Shown: positions 11,336-19,433, counted from the first letter of the stretch. The stretch: 64,000 nt of DNA from Bacteroidaceae bacterium (GCA_017958545.1 JAGDCM010000088.1:1249-65248); one strand, 5' to 3'. A program made the numbers and translations. The notes: generated by a model not told the origin, from the letters alone.

Positions 11336-11370
11336 GATATTTAGTTTATAGTTTAGTGTTTAGAGATTAA
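11336..11370. repeat. Stop-rich heptad-like spacer (CTAAAC units on the minus strand)
   Basis: Minus strand reads TAATCTCTAAACACTAAACTATAAACTAAATATC between the FHA stop and the next ATG. On the plus strand TAG recurs at 11342, 11349, 11354 and 11361, and TAA at 11368. Confidence 0.6.
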
Positions 11371-11774
11371 TCTTCCGGTTCGCGAAATATCATCGTTGTA
11401 GCTCCGATTGTTATTATGTCGCCATCGGAGAGGGGCATTCGGTCCTGGTCTCGCAGGATATCGTTCATATAGAACGTACCGGTATTGGACGGAGCATCGC
11501 GCAGAAGCCAGCGCAGCATACCGTTTTTCTTGCGCTCCACACGTATGATACAGTGCTTGGTGTCTACACTGGGATCCGTTGTTTCAATAGGTTGGTTTAT
11601 TTCCGTACCGTGTACCCAACGTCCGAAGATATTGTCTCCCTCCACAAGCTGCTTGAACTGCCTATAGTGAAAAACGTTTTCCACCACCACAACGGCACCG
11701 AACTCACCCACGACGTCATCAACGTCCTCTCCGCTTTTGAAGCGACCGGGGTAAGTATGACGCGGATGCTTCAT
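11367..11774 (-). CDS. FHA domain-containing protein
   Basis: 135 aa. FHA-like core FGRW...DPSVDTKHCIIRVE...DAPSNTGTFYMNDIL...LSDGDIITIGATTMIF. Its ATG directly abuts the upstream TAA. Confidence 0.6.
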   Translation of the reverse strand: MKHPRHTYPGRFKSGEDVDDVVGEFGAVVVVENVFHYRQFKQLVEGDNIFGRWVHGTEINQPIETTDPSVDTKHCIIRVERKKNGMLRWLLRDAPSNTGTFYMNDILRDQDRMPLSDGDIITIGATTMIFREPED

Positions 11775-12851
11775 TTAGAGTTTGGAGGTCCAGATGTCGT
11801 AGAAGTCATCATACTTGTCGCGCAATTCGCGAGCCTTGATGATGGCATCCTCTTCTGTAGCGAAACCGGGCAAAATGACGCGCTTCATCTGTCCGTTACG
11901 TTCAGAAATGGCAACAGCGCCAGTGACACCCATTTTATTAAGTGTCTTGATATATGCCTCTGCATGATTCTCTGTGGTGGACGATGCCATCACGATGCAA
12001 TAGGCACCTTCCGGCTTAGACTCAACCGGAGCAGCGGTAACTTTTGCGGGTGCAGGTTCTGCAATTGCTTCCGGCTGTTGCTGTGCGGGGCGTTCTGCTT
12101 TGGGAAGCGGCTGCTCGGAAAGGGGCTTCTGTGTTGCGGGACGTTTGTGGGACTTTGCTGCGGGTGCAGGTTCTGCAACAGCCACGGGCTCCTGCAATTC
12201 AGCTTCCTGGCGAGGTACGAGCATTGCCTTATAGAAAGTGCTGACGCCGGCTTCCAGACGACTGGGAACATCGTATTGCTGGCACAATTGCACACCGGGC
12301 ACGATTAGTATGAAAGCCACGAGCAAAGCTGCTGCTACACGTAAAGTACGACGCACGGCCTTGCGTGACAGGCGTATGGTAATGTATTCGTTTTCCATAT
12401 CGTCAATGATTCGAGCTTTGATATCGCTCTCGGGAAGAGGACGAGCCTCTACGATGTCAAGAGCAAAGAACTCGGGGGATGTGATACCTGCTTCACAAGG
12501 GGAGAACGTGACGATACCACCGTCTTCCTGGAGAAACTGTCCGATGCTACCAAGCTCGGCTTCACCAAGGGAAAGCAGATTGTCTCGGAGGTCTGCCACA
12601 TAGTTTGTGACCAAAGCACGTGCCATATCGGCAGACAAATGGTGCATACGCATGAGAAGAGCCTGAATTCCGTTGTCCTCGGCCTGTGTGTCAGCTTCAA
12701 AAAGAAGATTGCGACTGGGAGGAAGGAAAGTGAAGTCCTCCTCAGAATAATGAGCAGGTAACACCATGACAATCAGGCGCCCAAATCCAGGAAGGCTCAC
12801 GACATCTTGCTGCAAAAGCAGGTATTCAATATGTTCTGATAAATCTTTCAC
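11775..12851 (-). CDS. HU-like (HU-CCDC81) N-terminal domain / SPOR C-terminal domain protein
   Basis: 358 aa with a GTG start. N-terminus LLLQQDVVSLPGFGRLIV, one TM segment, a Pro/Ala-rich linker with an internal 19-nt exact repeat, and a C-terminal SPOR-like domain YCIVMASS...AEAYI...GFATEEDA. Confidence 0.7.
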   Translation of the reverse strand: MKDLSEHIEYLLLQQDVVSLPGFGRLIVMVLPAHYSEEDFTFLPPSRNLLFEADTQAEDNGIQALLMRMHHLSADMARALVTNYVADLRDNLLSLGEAELGSIGQFLQEDGGIVTFSPCEAGITSPEFFALDIVEARPLPESDIKARIIDDMENEYITIRLSRKAVRRTLRVAAALLVAFILIVPGVQLCQQYDVPSRLEAGVSTFYKAMLVPRQEAELQEPVAVAEPAPAAKSHKRPATQKPLSEQPLPKAERPAQQQPEAIAEPAPAKVTAAPVESKPEGAYCIVMASSTTENHAEAYIKTLNKMGVTGAVAISERNGQMKRVILPGFATEEDAIIKARELRDKYDDFYDIWTSKL

Positions 12852-12855
12852 GCTG

Positions 12856-12875
12856 CAAAGTTAAGTATTTTTTTT
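12856..12875 (-). promoter_or_regulatory. A8 tract + TAACTTTG -7 box immediately upstream of the SPOR gene start
   Basis: Minus strand reads AAAAAAAA TACT TAACTTTG CAGC GTG. It overlaps the stop codon of the helicase gene. Confidence 0.4.
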
Positions 12876-14105
12876 AGAAAGAAAGTTTTTTTTCGTTCTT
12901 TTTTTTGTGTTATGTGAAAAATTTCTTTTTTGATGTGTTTTTTTTGTCTGAGTGACATACTTTGGAGCCTCTCCGAATGACTCTGGAAGGGGAAGTTTTT
13001 CCACTTCGCGACCAAGAAAACGTTCTATCTGTTTGAAAAGCGGGATATCCTTTTCGCTCACCAGTGTAACTGCTTCACCACCAGCACCTGCACGTGCTGT
13101 GCGCCCGATACGGTGCACATAGTCTTCTGCATCGTGTGGCACGTCGAAGTTTATCACCATAGAGATGTCGTCAATGTCAATACCTCGTGCCACGATGTCG
13201 GTGGCAACAAGGATATCTGTCTGTGCGCTGCGAAAACTGTACATCACCTCGTCGCGTTCCTGCTGCGAGAGGTCGGAATGCATCGCACGGCAGTTGAAAC
13301 CGGCCTTGTGCAAAGAGATGTTGAGGTCTTTGACCTTGATTTTGCTTCCGGCGAAGATGATGACGCGCTGTGGAGGCTTCTGTCGGAAGAGGTGTGTTAC
13401 AAGTTTTATCTTCTGCACCTCGTAGCATACGCATGCCATTTGCCGTATCTTGTCTGCCGGGCGTGATACTGCGAGTTTCACCTCAACGGGATTGTTGAGT
13501 ATCGTACGTGCAAGTTGCTGTATCTTTTCCGGCATTGTTGCGGAAAACATAATTGTCTGACGCTCCTTGGGGAGATACGAAACAATCTGCAGGATGTCTT
13601 CCAGGAAACCCATATCGAGCATTCGATCTGCTTCGTCCAATATAAAAAAGGTTACGTGCGAGAGATCGATATTACCCAGTGAGAGGTGCGAGATAAGTCG
13701 GCCTGGAGTGGCAATTACGACATCGGCGCCTTGCTGCATACCTCGTTTTTCCTGTTCATAGCGTATGCCGTCATTGCCGCCGTATACTGCCACAGATGAC
13801 ACTTCGGGCAAATGATAGGCAAAGCCCTGCATCGCCTGGTCTATCTGCTGTGCGAGTTCGCGTGTGGGCGACATGATGATGCAGTTAATGGCATCTTTGG
13901 GATAATCGCCGTAGGAAAGTTCGGAGAGAACGGGTAGGAGATATGCTGCGGTCTTGCCTGTACCCGTCTGTGCCACACCGATGATGTCACGACCCTCCAG
14001 AATGGGAGGGATGGCGTGCTCCTGAATGGGAGTACACTCGGTGAAGTTCATATCATCCAGTGCATCGAGGACGGGATCGCTAAGGTCGAGGTCGTAGAAA
14101 TCCAT
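12861..14105 (-). CDS. DEAD-box ATP-dependent RNA helicase (RhlE-like) with Lys-rich tail
   Basis: Q-motif region, AQTGTGKT, PTRELA, DEAD, SAT, HRIGRTARAG. Basic C-terminal tail. Confidence 0.9.
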   Translation of the reverse strand: MDFYDLDLSDPVLDALDDMNFTECTPIQEHAIPPILEGRDIIGVAQTGTGKTAAYLLPVLSELSYGDYPKDAINCIIMSPTRELAQQIDQAMQGFAYHLPEVSSVAVYGGNDGIRYEQEKRGMQQGADVVIATPGRLISHLSLGNIDLSHVTFFILDEADRMLDMGFLEDILQIVSYLPKERQTIMFSATMPEKIQQLARTILNNPVEVKLAVSRPADKIRQMACVCYEVQKIKLVTHLFRQKPPQRVIIFAGSKIKVKDLNISLHKAGFNCRAMHSDLSQQERDEVMYSFRSAQTDILVATDIVARGIDIDDISMVINFDVPHDAEDYVHRIGRTARAGAGGEAVTLVSEKDIPLFKQIERFLGREVEKLPLPESFGEAPKYVTQTKKTHQKRNFSHNTKKRTKKNFLSKKNT

Positions 14106-14729
14106 TTATTTGCGGTATTGACGATACAGATAGATAACCACACAGATACCCAGCAGCACCATGAGTGCTTTCAGATAGACGCTGTAGTGCTCAACGGTGG
14201 CATTGAGTTCCTCGTAGGGTACAACGAATGCCAGAGAATAGCCGATGGCTGCGAGAATGCAGTTCCACGCACCGGCACCGATGGCCGTATACAACAGGAA
14301 GCGTGAGAGTTGCATCTTGGCAAGTCCGGCAGGAATACTGATTAACTGTCGCACGGCCGGCACAAGACGTCCCACGATGGTTCCGATGGCTCCGTGTTCG
14401 TCGAAATAGCGCTCGGCCAGTTTCACTTTTTCCTCATCGATGAGGCAGAGATGTCCCAGACGTGAATTAGCAAAGCGGTATATAATAGGACGACCGAGAT
14501 AGAGCGCCAGGAAGTAGTTTACAAGTGCTCCGATAAGTGCTCCGGCAGTGGCGCAGACGACAATGAGGAAGACATTCATCTCTCCCGTGGCAGCCGCCAT
14601 ATAGGCAGCAGGTGGTATAACCACTTCTGAGGGGAAGGGAATGAAACTTGACTCAATGGCCATGAGCAGGGTGACAACCCAGTAGTTGAGATGGGATAGA
14701 CACCAGGCTATAAAGGGTAATGATTCCAA
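14106..14729 (-). CDS. DedA family membrane protein
   Basis: 207 aa with a TTG start (no upstream ATG). DedA signature ESSFIPFPSEV and polytopic hydrophobicity. Its TAA stop abuts the helicase ATG. Confidence 0.8.
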   Translation of the reverse strand: MESLPFIAWCLSHLNYWVVTLLMAIESSFIPFPSEVVIPPAAYMAAATGEMNVFLIVVCATAGALIGALVNYFLALYLGRPIIYRFANSRLGHLCLIDEEKVKLAERYFDEHGAIGTIVGRLVPAVRQLISIPAGLAKMQLSRFLLYTAIGAGAWNCILAAIGYSLAFVVPYEELNATVEHYSVYLKALMVLLGICVVIYLYRQYRK

Positions 14730-14730
14730 T

Positions 14731-14782
14731 TTTTTACTTTTTACTCTTAAACTCTTAAACTTCTTAACCCCTTAAACTCTCA
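14731..14782. repeat. Tandem 7-9 nt array (TTTTTAC x2, TCTTAAAC x2, TTCTTAAC, CCCTTAAAC) filling the lysA-dedA spacer
   Basis: Read directly from the sequence. TAA recurs at 14748, 14756, 14765 and 14773, which covers all three frames, and TTAAG supplies TAA on the other strand. Confidence 0.7.
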
Positions 14783-15928
14783 CCCAAAATACGCTTTCGG
14801 CAGTGTGCGGCAGTTGTACTGCGATGCCATAATCTCTCCGTATGCTCCGGCAGAACGCAAAGCCACGAGGTCGCCTCGCTGGGTGAAGGGCAGGGCATAG
14901 TATTTTACGAACACATCGCTCGACTCGCACACAGGACCTACGACATCGTATAGTAAAGGCTCGGTCTCTTCGCGTTCCATGGCGGACAGATTCTCCACCT
15001 TGTGGTATGCGTCGTAGAGAGCCGGACGTATGAGGTCGGTCATACCGGCGTCGAGAATGCAGAAGCGTTTGATGGCATTCTCCTTTACATATAATACGCG
15101 CGCGATGAGCGAACCCATCTGACCCACAATGGAGCGCCCGCACTCGAAGTGTAGCTGCTGTTCGGGGCGCAGACATAGATTCTGACGGTATGTGTCAATA
15201 TATGCCTTAAAATCTGGGATGGGATGCCCCTCGGGATCGCTATAGTCGATACCAAGTCCGCCGCCCACGTTGATATTGCGCACGGATGATATTCCGGCAA
15301 CCTCAAGGCGGTCCTGCAGTTCATTGATACGCAGCGAGAGAGCCTTGAAATCGTCCATCTCGAGTATCTGCGAACCGATGTGGAAATGCAGTCCGATGAA
15401 GTTGATGTTGGCTAGTTCGGAACAACGGCGTATCACACCCTCCATATCCTGCATGTCAATACCGAACTTGTTCTCGGAGAGTCCCGTCTGTATGTTGGCA
15501 TGCGTGTGAGCTCCCACGTTGGGATTGATGCGCAGGCATACTGATGCTGTGCGGTTCATCTCGGCTGCGAGGCCGTTGATGACTTCCAGTTCGGGTATGC
15601 TCTCCACATTGAAACAGAAAATACCCTTTTCCAGACCGAGACGTATTTCCCAGTCGCTCTTACCCACACCGGCATAGACAATCTTCTCTGCGGGGAAACC
15701 GGCTTCGAGTGCTGCACGTATCTCACCGCCGCTCACACAGTCTGCACCGAATCCTGCCTCTGCAATCTGACGCAGAATACGTGGATTGGCGTTGGCTTTT
15801 ACGGCATAGTGCATGTGCATGTTGTCGTCAAGATGACGGCTGATGACATTCAGCGTCTCAGCCAGGAGCTGCGTGTCGTAGTAGTAGAAGGGTGTCTGAA
15901 TCCCCTGAAACTTCTCTAATGGAAACAT
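14780..15928 (-). CDS. lysA: Diaminopimelate decarboxylase
   Basis: 382 aa. PLP-fold motifs YAVKAN, GGGLGIDY, CESSD. Confidence 0.9.
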   Translation of the reverse strand: MFPLEKFQGIQTPFYYYDTQLLAETLNVISRHLDDNMHMHYAVKANANPRILRQIAEAGFGADCVSGGEIRAALEAGFPAEKIVYAGVGKSDWEIRLGLEKGIFCFNVESIPELEVINGLAAEMNRTASVCLRINPNVGAHTHANIQTGLSENKFGIDMQDMEGVIRRCSELANINFIGLHFHIGSQILEMDDFKALSLRINELQDRLEVAGISSVRNINVGGGLGIDYSDPEGHPIPDFKAYIDTYRQNLCLRPEQQLHFECGRSIVGQMGSLIARVLYVKENAIKRFCILDAGMTDLIRPALYDAYHKVENLSAMEREETEPLLYDVVGPVCESSDVFVKYYALPFTQRGDLVALRSAGAYGEIMASQYNCRTLPKAYFG

Positions 15929-15934
15929 ATCGTT

Positions 15935-17260
15935 TTAAAAGAGCACTTTTGAGAGAGCCTGCAGTGTGGCCTGCTTGTCCTCCTTGTGGATAAGGAATGA
16001 AATGTTGTGACTGGAACCGCCGTATGAAATCATGCGCACGGGGATATCCTTGAGTGCCTCGCAGGCAAGCGTCTCGAAGCCGAGATTGTTCTGGCGCAGG
16101 TCGCCCACAACACAGATGATGGTCATATCGTTGTCCACCTGCACCGTGCCGTACTTCTTCAGTTCGGAAATAATTTCCTCCAGACGTGTAGTGTTGTCGA
16201 TGGTGACAGAAACACCCACCTCTGATGTGCATATCATATCGATGGATGTCTTGTTCTGCTCGAATATTTCGAACACTTTGCGCAGGAAACCGTAAGCCAG
16301 CAACATACGGCTGGATGTAATCTGTATGCATACGTTGCCGTCGCGTGCAGCCACAGCCTTTATCTTGCCGGGGATGAAGTCGTTGTTGATGATGGTGCCG
16401 GGAGCAGAGGGATCCATTGTGTTGAGCAAACGTACGGGCACTCCTGCGAACTTAGCCGGTTGGATACATGTTGGATGCAGGATTTTGGCACCGAAGTAAG
16501 CGAGCTCTGCAGCCTCGTCGAAATTGAGCTGGCGCACAGGTACAGTACCTTCTACGACACGCGGGTCGTTGTTGTGCATGCCGTCGATGTCGGTCCATAT
16601 CTGTATCTCGTCAGCCTCAAGAGCGGCACCCAGCAGACAGGCTGTGTAGTCGCTGCCGCCTCGCAGCAGATTGTCTATCTCGTCGTAGGCGTTGCGGCAG
16701 ATGAAACCCTGCGTGATATATATCTGATAGCCGGGATTGTCTTCGATGGCCTGACGACTCTTTTCCTTAATATAGGATGCGTCGGGTTCGGAGTTTTTGT
16801 CGGTCTTCACCATCTCAAGGGCAGAGAGCAGCAAGGTCTTCACACCTGTCTCCAGGAGATAGTTCGTCACCATGTTTGTGGACATGAGTTCGCCCTGTGC
16901 CAGCACGATTTTCTCCTCGATACTGGTGAAGTGTGTCTTTGCCATCGAGCGCAGTCCCTCGAACACACCCTTGAGGAAGGTGCGTGTGATGTTCTTGTAG
17001 TGGTCGGTGGAGTAGAGTTCCTCGACGTGAGCCATGTATTTCTGCTCCAACTGGGCTATCATGTGTATCGCACCCTCGGGATTGTTCTTATAGAAGTAGT
17101 CGCTTATCTCCACGAGAGCGTTTGTCGTGCCGCTCATTGCTGAGAGCACCACGAGTTTCTGTTTGCCGTCTGCCGTTACAAGCTGGCAGACATCCTTCAT
17201 GCGTTGTGGCGAACCGACGCTGGTGCCACCGAATTTCAGAACTTGCATTTTATTCTTCAT
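15935..17260 (-). CDS. lysC: Aspartate kinase (monofunctional, ACT domains)
   Basis: VLKFGGTSVG kinase motif and C-terminal ACT-like repeats. Start is ambiguous: ATG at 17260 (overlaps the ftsE end) or ATG at 17248, 1 nt after the ftsE TAA. The 17305 ATG is probably too long. Confidence 0.9.
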   Translation of the reverse strand: MKNKMQVLKFGGTSVGSPQRMKDVCQLVTADGKQKLVVLSAMSGTTNALVEISDYFYKNNPEGAIHMIAQLEQKYMAHVEELYSTDHYKNITRTFLKGVFEGLRSMAKTHFTSIEEKIVLAQGELMSTNMVTNYLLETGVKTLLLSALEMVKTDKNSEPDASYIKEKSRQAIEDNPGYQIYITQGFICRNAYDEIDNLLRGGSDYTACLLGAALEADEIQIWTDIDGMHNNDPRVVEGTVPVRQLNFDEAAELAYFGAKILHPTCIQPAKFAGVPVRLLNTMDPSAPGTIINNDFIPGKIKAVAARDGNVCIQITSSRMLLAYGFLRKVFEIFEQNKTSIDMICTSEVGVSVTIDNTTRLEEIISELKKYGTVQVDNDMTIICVVGDLRQNNLGFETLACEALKDIPVRMISYGGSSHNISFLIHKEDKQATLQALSKVLF

Positions 17261-17936
17261 TGTGTGTTTGTGATTCTTTGATGAGCTGACCGTCGCGGCA
17301 TTCATATACGGTGCCGGGGAAATCTACGGGCCACTGCAGATTGTGCGTAGCCAGGAGTATGGTGCAATTGTTTTTGCGACGTATTTCGTCGAGCAGTGCC
17401 ATTACCTTTTCTCCGCTCTCCTGATCGAGATGTCCCGTGGGCTCGTCGGCGAGGATGAGACTTGGTTTGTTGAGGATGGCTCGGCAGATACAGATGCACT
17501 GCTTCTGTCCTCCGGAGAGTTCGTGGGGATATTTCTGGGCGCTGTCTGTGAGTTCCACCCATTCGAGCAGTTCGTTGATGCGTGCCCTGCGTTGCTCCTT
17601 TGATTTCCAGTCGGTGGCGCGCAGCACGAAATCCAGGTTGTCATAGATGGTGCGGTCGGGCAGGAGTTTGAGGTCCTGGTGCACGATACCTATCTTGCGT
17701 CGCAGTGCGGGCAGCTGACTTGTCTTGATGCGCATCATATCTTCTCCCAGCACGCGGGCGTGACCGTCCTCGATGGGCAGTTCTCCGTAGATGGTCTTTA
17801 TGAGCGATGTCTTACCGCTCCCGACGCTGCCCAGCAGATACACCATCTCGCCTTCCTCTGTGGTGAAGCACACATCCTTCAGCACGGAATAGTCCTCGTG
17901 CAGGATGCTGACGTTGTGGTAGTCTATCGTTTTCAT
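17250..17936 (-). CDS. ftsE: FtsE-like ABC transporter ATP-binding protein
   Basis: Walker A GSVGSGKTS, signature LSGGQKQ, Walker B LILADEPTGHLD. No permease partner in the window. Confidence 0.8.
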   Translation of the reverse strand: MKTIDYHNVSILHEDYSVLKDVCFTTEEGEMVYLLGSVGSGKTSLIKTIYGELPIEDGHARVLGEDMMRIKTSQLPALRRKIGIVHQDLKLLPDRTIYDNLDFVLRATDWKSKEQRRARINELLEWVELTDSAQKYPHELSGGQKQCICICRAILNKPSLILADEPTGHLDQESGEKVMALLDEIRRKNNCTILLATHNLQWPVDFPGTVYECRDGQLIKESQTHNEE

Positions 17937-18253
17937 CAGTGTTTCTTCCAGCCGGGATTGTGACGCTCCATCAGTTCGGAGGCGAGTTCCTCAATACGGA
18001 GTCCCTTCGATGTGAGGAGTACGATGAGGTGGTAGAGCATATCGCTACCTTCATATACGAGGCGCTCGTTGGTGCCGTTAGTGGCTTCTATCACGAGTTC
18101 GAGAGCCTCTTCGCCCACCTTCTGTGCCATACGGTTGATACCGTCCTTGAAGAGGCTTGTGGTGTACGAGCCTTCTGGCATCTCTTCGTGGCGCTTTTCG
18201 ATGAAGTCCTGCAGTTCCGACAGGAAGAGCAGGGGATTTTGTTCGTTTGCCAT
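17936..18253 (-). CDS. hisE: Phosphoribosyl-ATP pyrophosphatase
   Basis: 105 aa. MazG-like HisE motifs SYTTSLF, KVGEEALE, SDMLYHLIVLL. Its TGA overlaps the ftsE ATG by 1 nt. Confidence 0.85.
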   Translation of the reverse strand: MANEQNPLLFLSELQDFIEKRHEEMPEGSYTTSLFKDGINRMAQKVGEEALELVIEATNGTNERLVYEGSDMLYHLIVLLTSKGLRIEELASELMERHNPGWKKH

Positions 18254-18259
18254 AATATG

Positions 18260-18589
18260 TTATTTTTTTACGTTTTTCTCGTTCCAGCAGGTGTCGGCTC
18301 CGGTGTGGCACACAGGACCTACGGGGTGCACCTTGATGAGCAGAGTGTCCTGGTCGCAGTCGAGCAGTATGTCCACCACGTTGAGGAAATTGCCCGAAGT
18401 CTCGCCCTTTGTCCACAGACATTTGCGAGTACGGCTCCAGAAGCACACGCGCCCGGTAGCTACGGTCTTTTCATACGACTCTTCGTTCATGAAACCCAGC
18501 ATCAGCACCACGTTGGTGTCTGCATCCTGAATGATTGCGGGCACCAGCCCGTCCAGCTTTGCGAAGTCTATCTTTCTTTCTTTATCCAT
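18260..18589 (-). CDS. hisI: Phosphoribosyl-AMP cyclohydrolase
   Basis: Motifs GLVPAIIQD, SRTR...W.KGETSGN, DCDQDTLL, CHTG. The start at 18589 (MDKERK) is preferred. The in-frame ATG at 18610 lies inside the heptad array. Confidence 0.85.
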   Translation of the reverse strand: MDKERKIDFAKLDGLVPAIIQDADTNVVLMLGFMNEESYEKTVATGRVCFWSRTRKCLWTKGETSGNFLNVVDILLDCDQDTLLIKVHPVGPVCHTGADTCWNEKNVKK

Positions 18590-18620
18590 TGACCATTGAA
18601 TATTGACCATTGAACATTAT
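18586..18620. repeat. Heptanucleotide tandem array CCATTGA x4-5 in the hisF-hisI spacer
   Basis: ccattga ccattga atattga ccattga acattat. On the coding (minus) strand it reads TCAATGG units carrying ATG. On the plus strand it gives TGA in all three frames. Confidence 0.7.
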
Positions 18621-19372
18621 CATCTCACGCAGATGTCATTCGAGCGGAGGTAGCTCTTGAGCTCCTGCACGCCGATTTCTCCAAAGTGGAACACCGATGC
18701 TGCGAGTGCGGCATCTGCCTTTCCTTCGCGGAACACATCGAGGAAATGCTCCTTACATCCTGCACCTCCGGAAGCGATGATGGGTATGGAGAGCTCTTCA
18801 GAGAGCTGTGCCAGCGCTTCGTTGGCAAAACCGGCTTTCACTCCGTCGTGGTTCATCGATGTGAAGAGTATCTCTCCAGCGCCGCGTTCCTGTGCCTCGT
18901 GAGCCCATTCCATCAGTCCTTTACCGAAGGGGATGCGCCCGCCGTTGATATATGTCTCCCAGTAACCGTCGGTCTCTTTTGCGTCTATGGCGCAGACTAT
19001 TACCTGACTGCCGAATTTACCGGCTATCTCGTCGATGAGTTCCGGGCGTTTCAGGGCTGCGCTGTTCACGCTCACCTTGTCGGCACCGGCTGATAACATT
19101 CTGTCCACATCGGCCACCGAACCGATACCTCCGCCCACGGTGAAGGGTATGGAGAGCGTCTCTGCCACGCGTGTCACCATGTCGGTGAAGGTCTTGCGTC
19201 CTTCGTGTGATGCTGTGATGTCGAGGAATACCAGTTCGTCGGCACCGGCCTCTGAGTATGCATGCCCCAGAGCCACTGGATCGCCTGCTTGTCGCAGGTT
19301 AACGAAATTGGTGCCCTTCACGGTCTGACCGTCTTTCACATCGAGGCAGGGTATGATGCGCTTTGCTAACAT
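18620..19372 (-). CDS. hisF: Imidazole glycerol phosphate synthase cyclase subunit
   Basis: 250 aa. [28 protein letters not shown] motifs. Confidence 0.95.
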   Translation of the reverse strand: MLAKRIIPCLDVKDGQTVKGTNFVNLRQAGDPVALGHAYSEAGADELVFLDITASHEGRKTFTDMVTRVAETLSIPFTVGGGIGSVADVDRMLSAGADKVSVNSAALKRPELIDEIAGKFGSQVIVCAIDAKETDGYWETYINGGRIPFGKGLMEWAHEAQERGAGEILFTSMNHDGVKAGFANEALAQLSEELSIPIIASGGAGCKEHFLDVFREGKADAALAASVFHFGEIGVQELKSYLRSNDICVR

Positions 19373-19384
19373 CTATTTTATTTT

Positions 19385-19433
19385 CTCTAAACTCTAAACT
19401 CTAAACTTTTAACTCTTAACATTTAACTATCAA
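19385..19433. repeat. Seven tandem heptamers (CTCTAAA x3, CTTTTAA, CTCTTAA, CATTTAA, CTATCAA) spanning the hisA 3' end and the hisA-hisF spacer
   Basis: Exact 7-nt periodicity read from the sequence. The hisA stop codon is the first in-frame TAA of the array, and the last hisA codons (LIVKC) are encoded by array units. Confidence 0.75.

Noticed and set aside
12046-12178. Exact 19-nt direct repeat GCGGGTGCAGGTTCTGCAA (12046..12064 and 12160..12178).
   Set aside because: It lies inside the SPOR-protein gene and encodes duplicated AEPAPA linker segments. This is ordinary expansion of a low-complexity Pro/Ala linker rather than a mobile or regulatory element.
15983-15991. DnaA-box-like TGTGGATAA, considered because recF and gyrA are in the window.
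   Set aside because: It is a single copy inside the lysC coding sequence, with no cluster of boxes or AT-rich unwinding element. I saw no oriC-like region anywhere in the window.
11336-19433. Whether the tandem short-repeat arrays (11.3, 14.7, 18.6 and 19.4 kb) could be CRISPR arrays.
   Set aside because: The units are only 7-9 nt and directly abut, with no unique spacers of 25-40 nt. There are no cas genes in the window.
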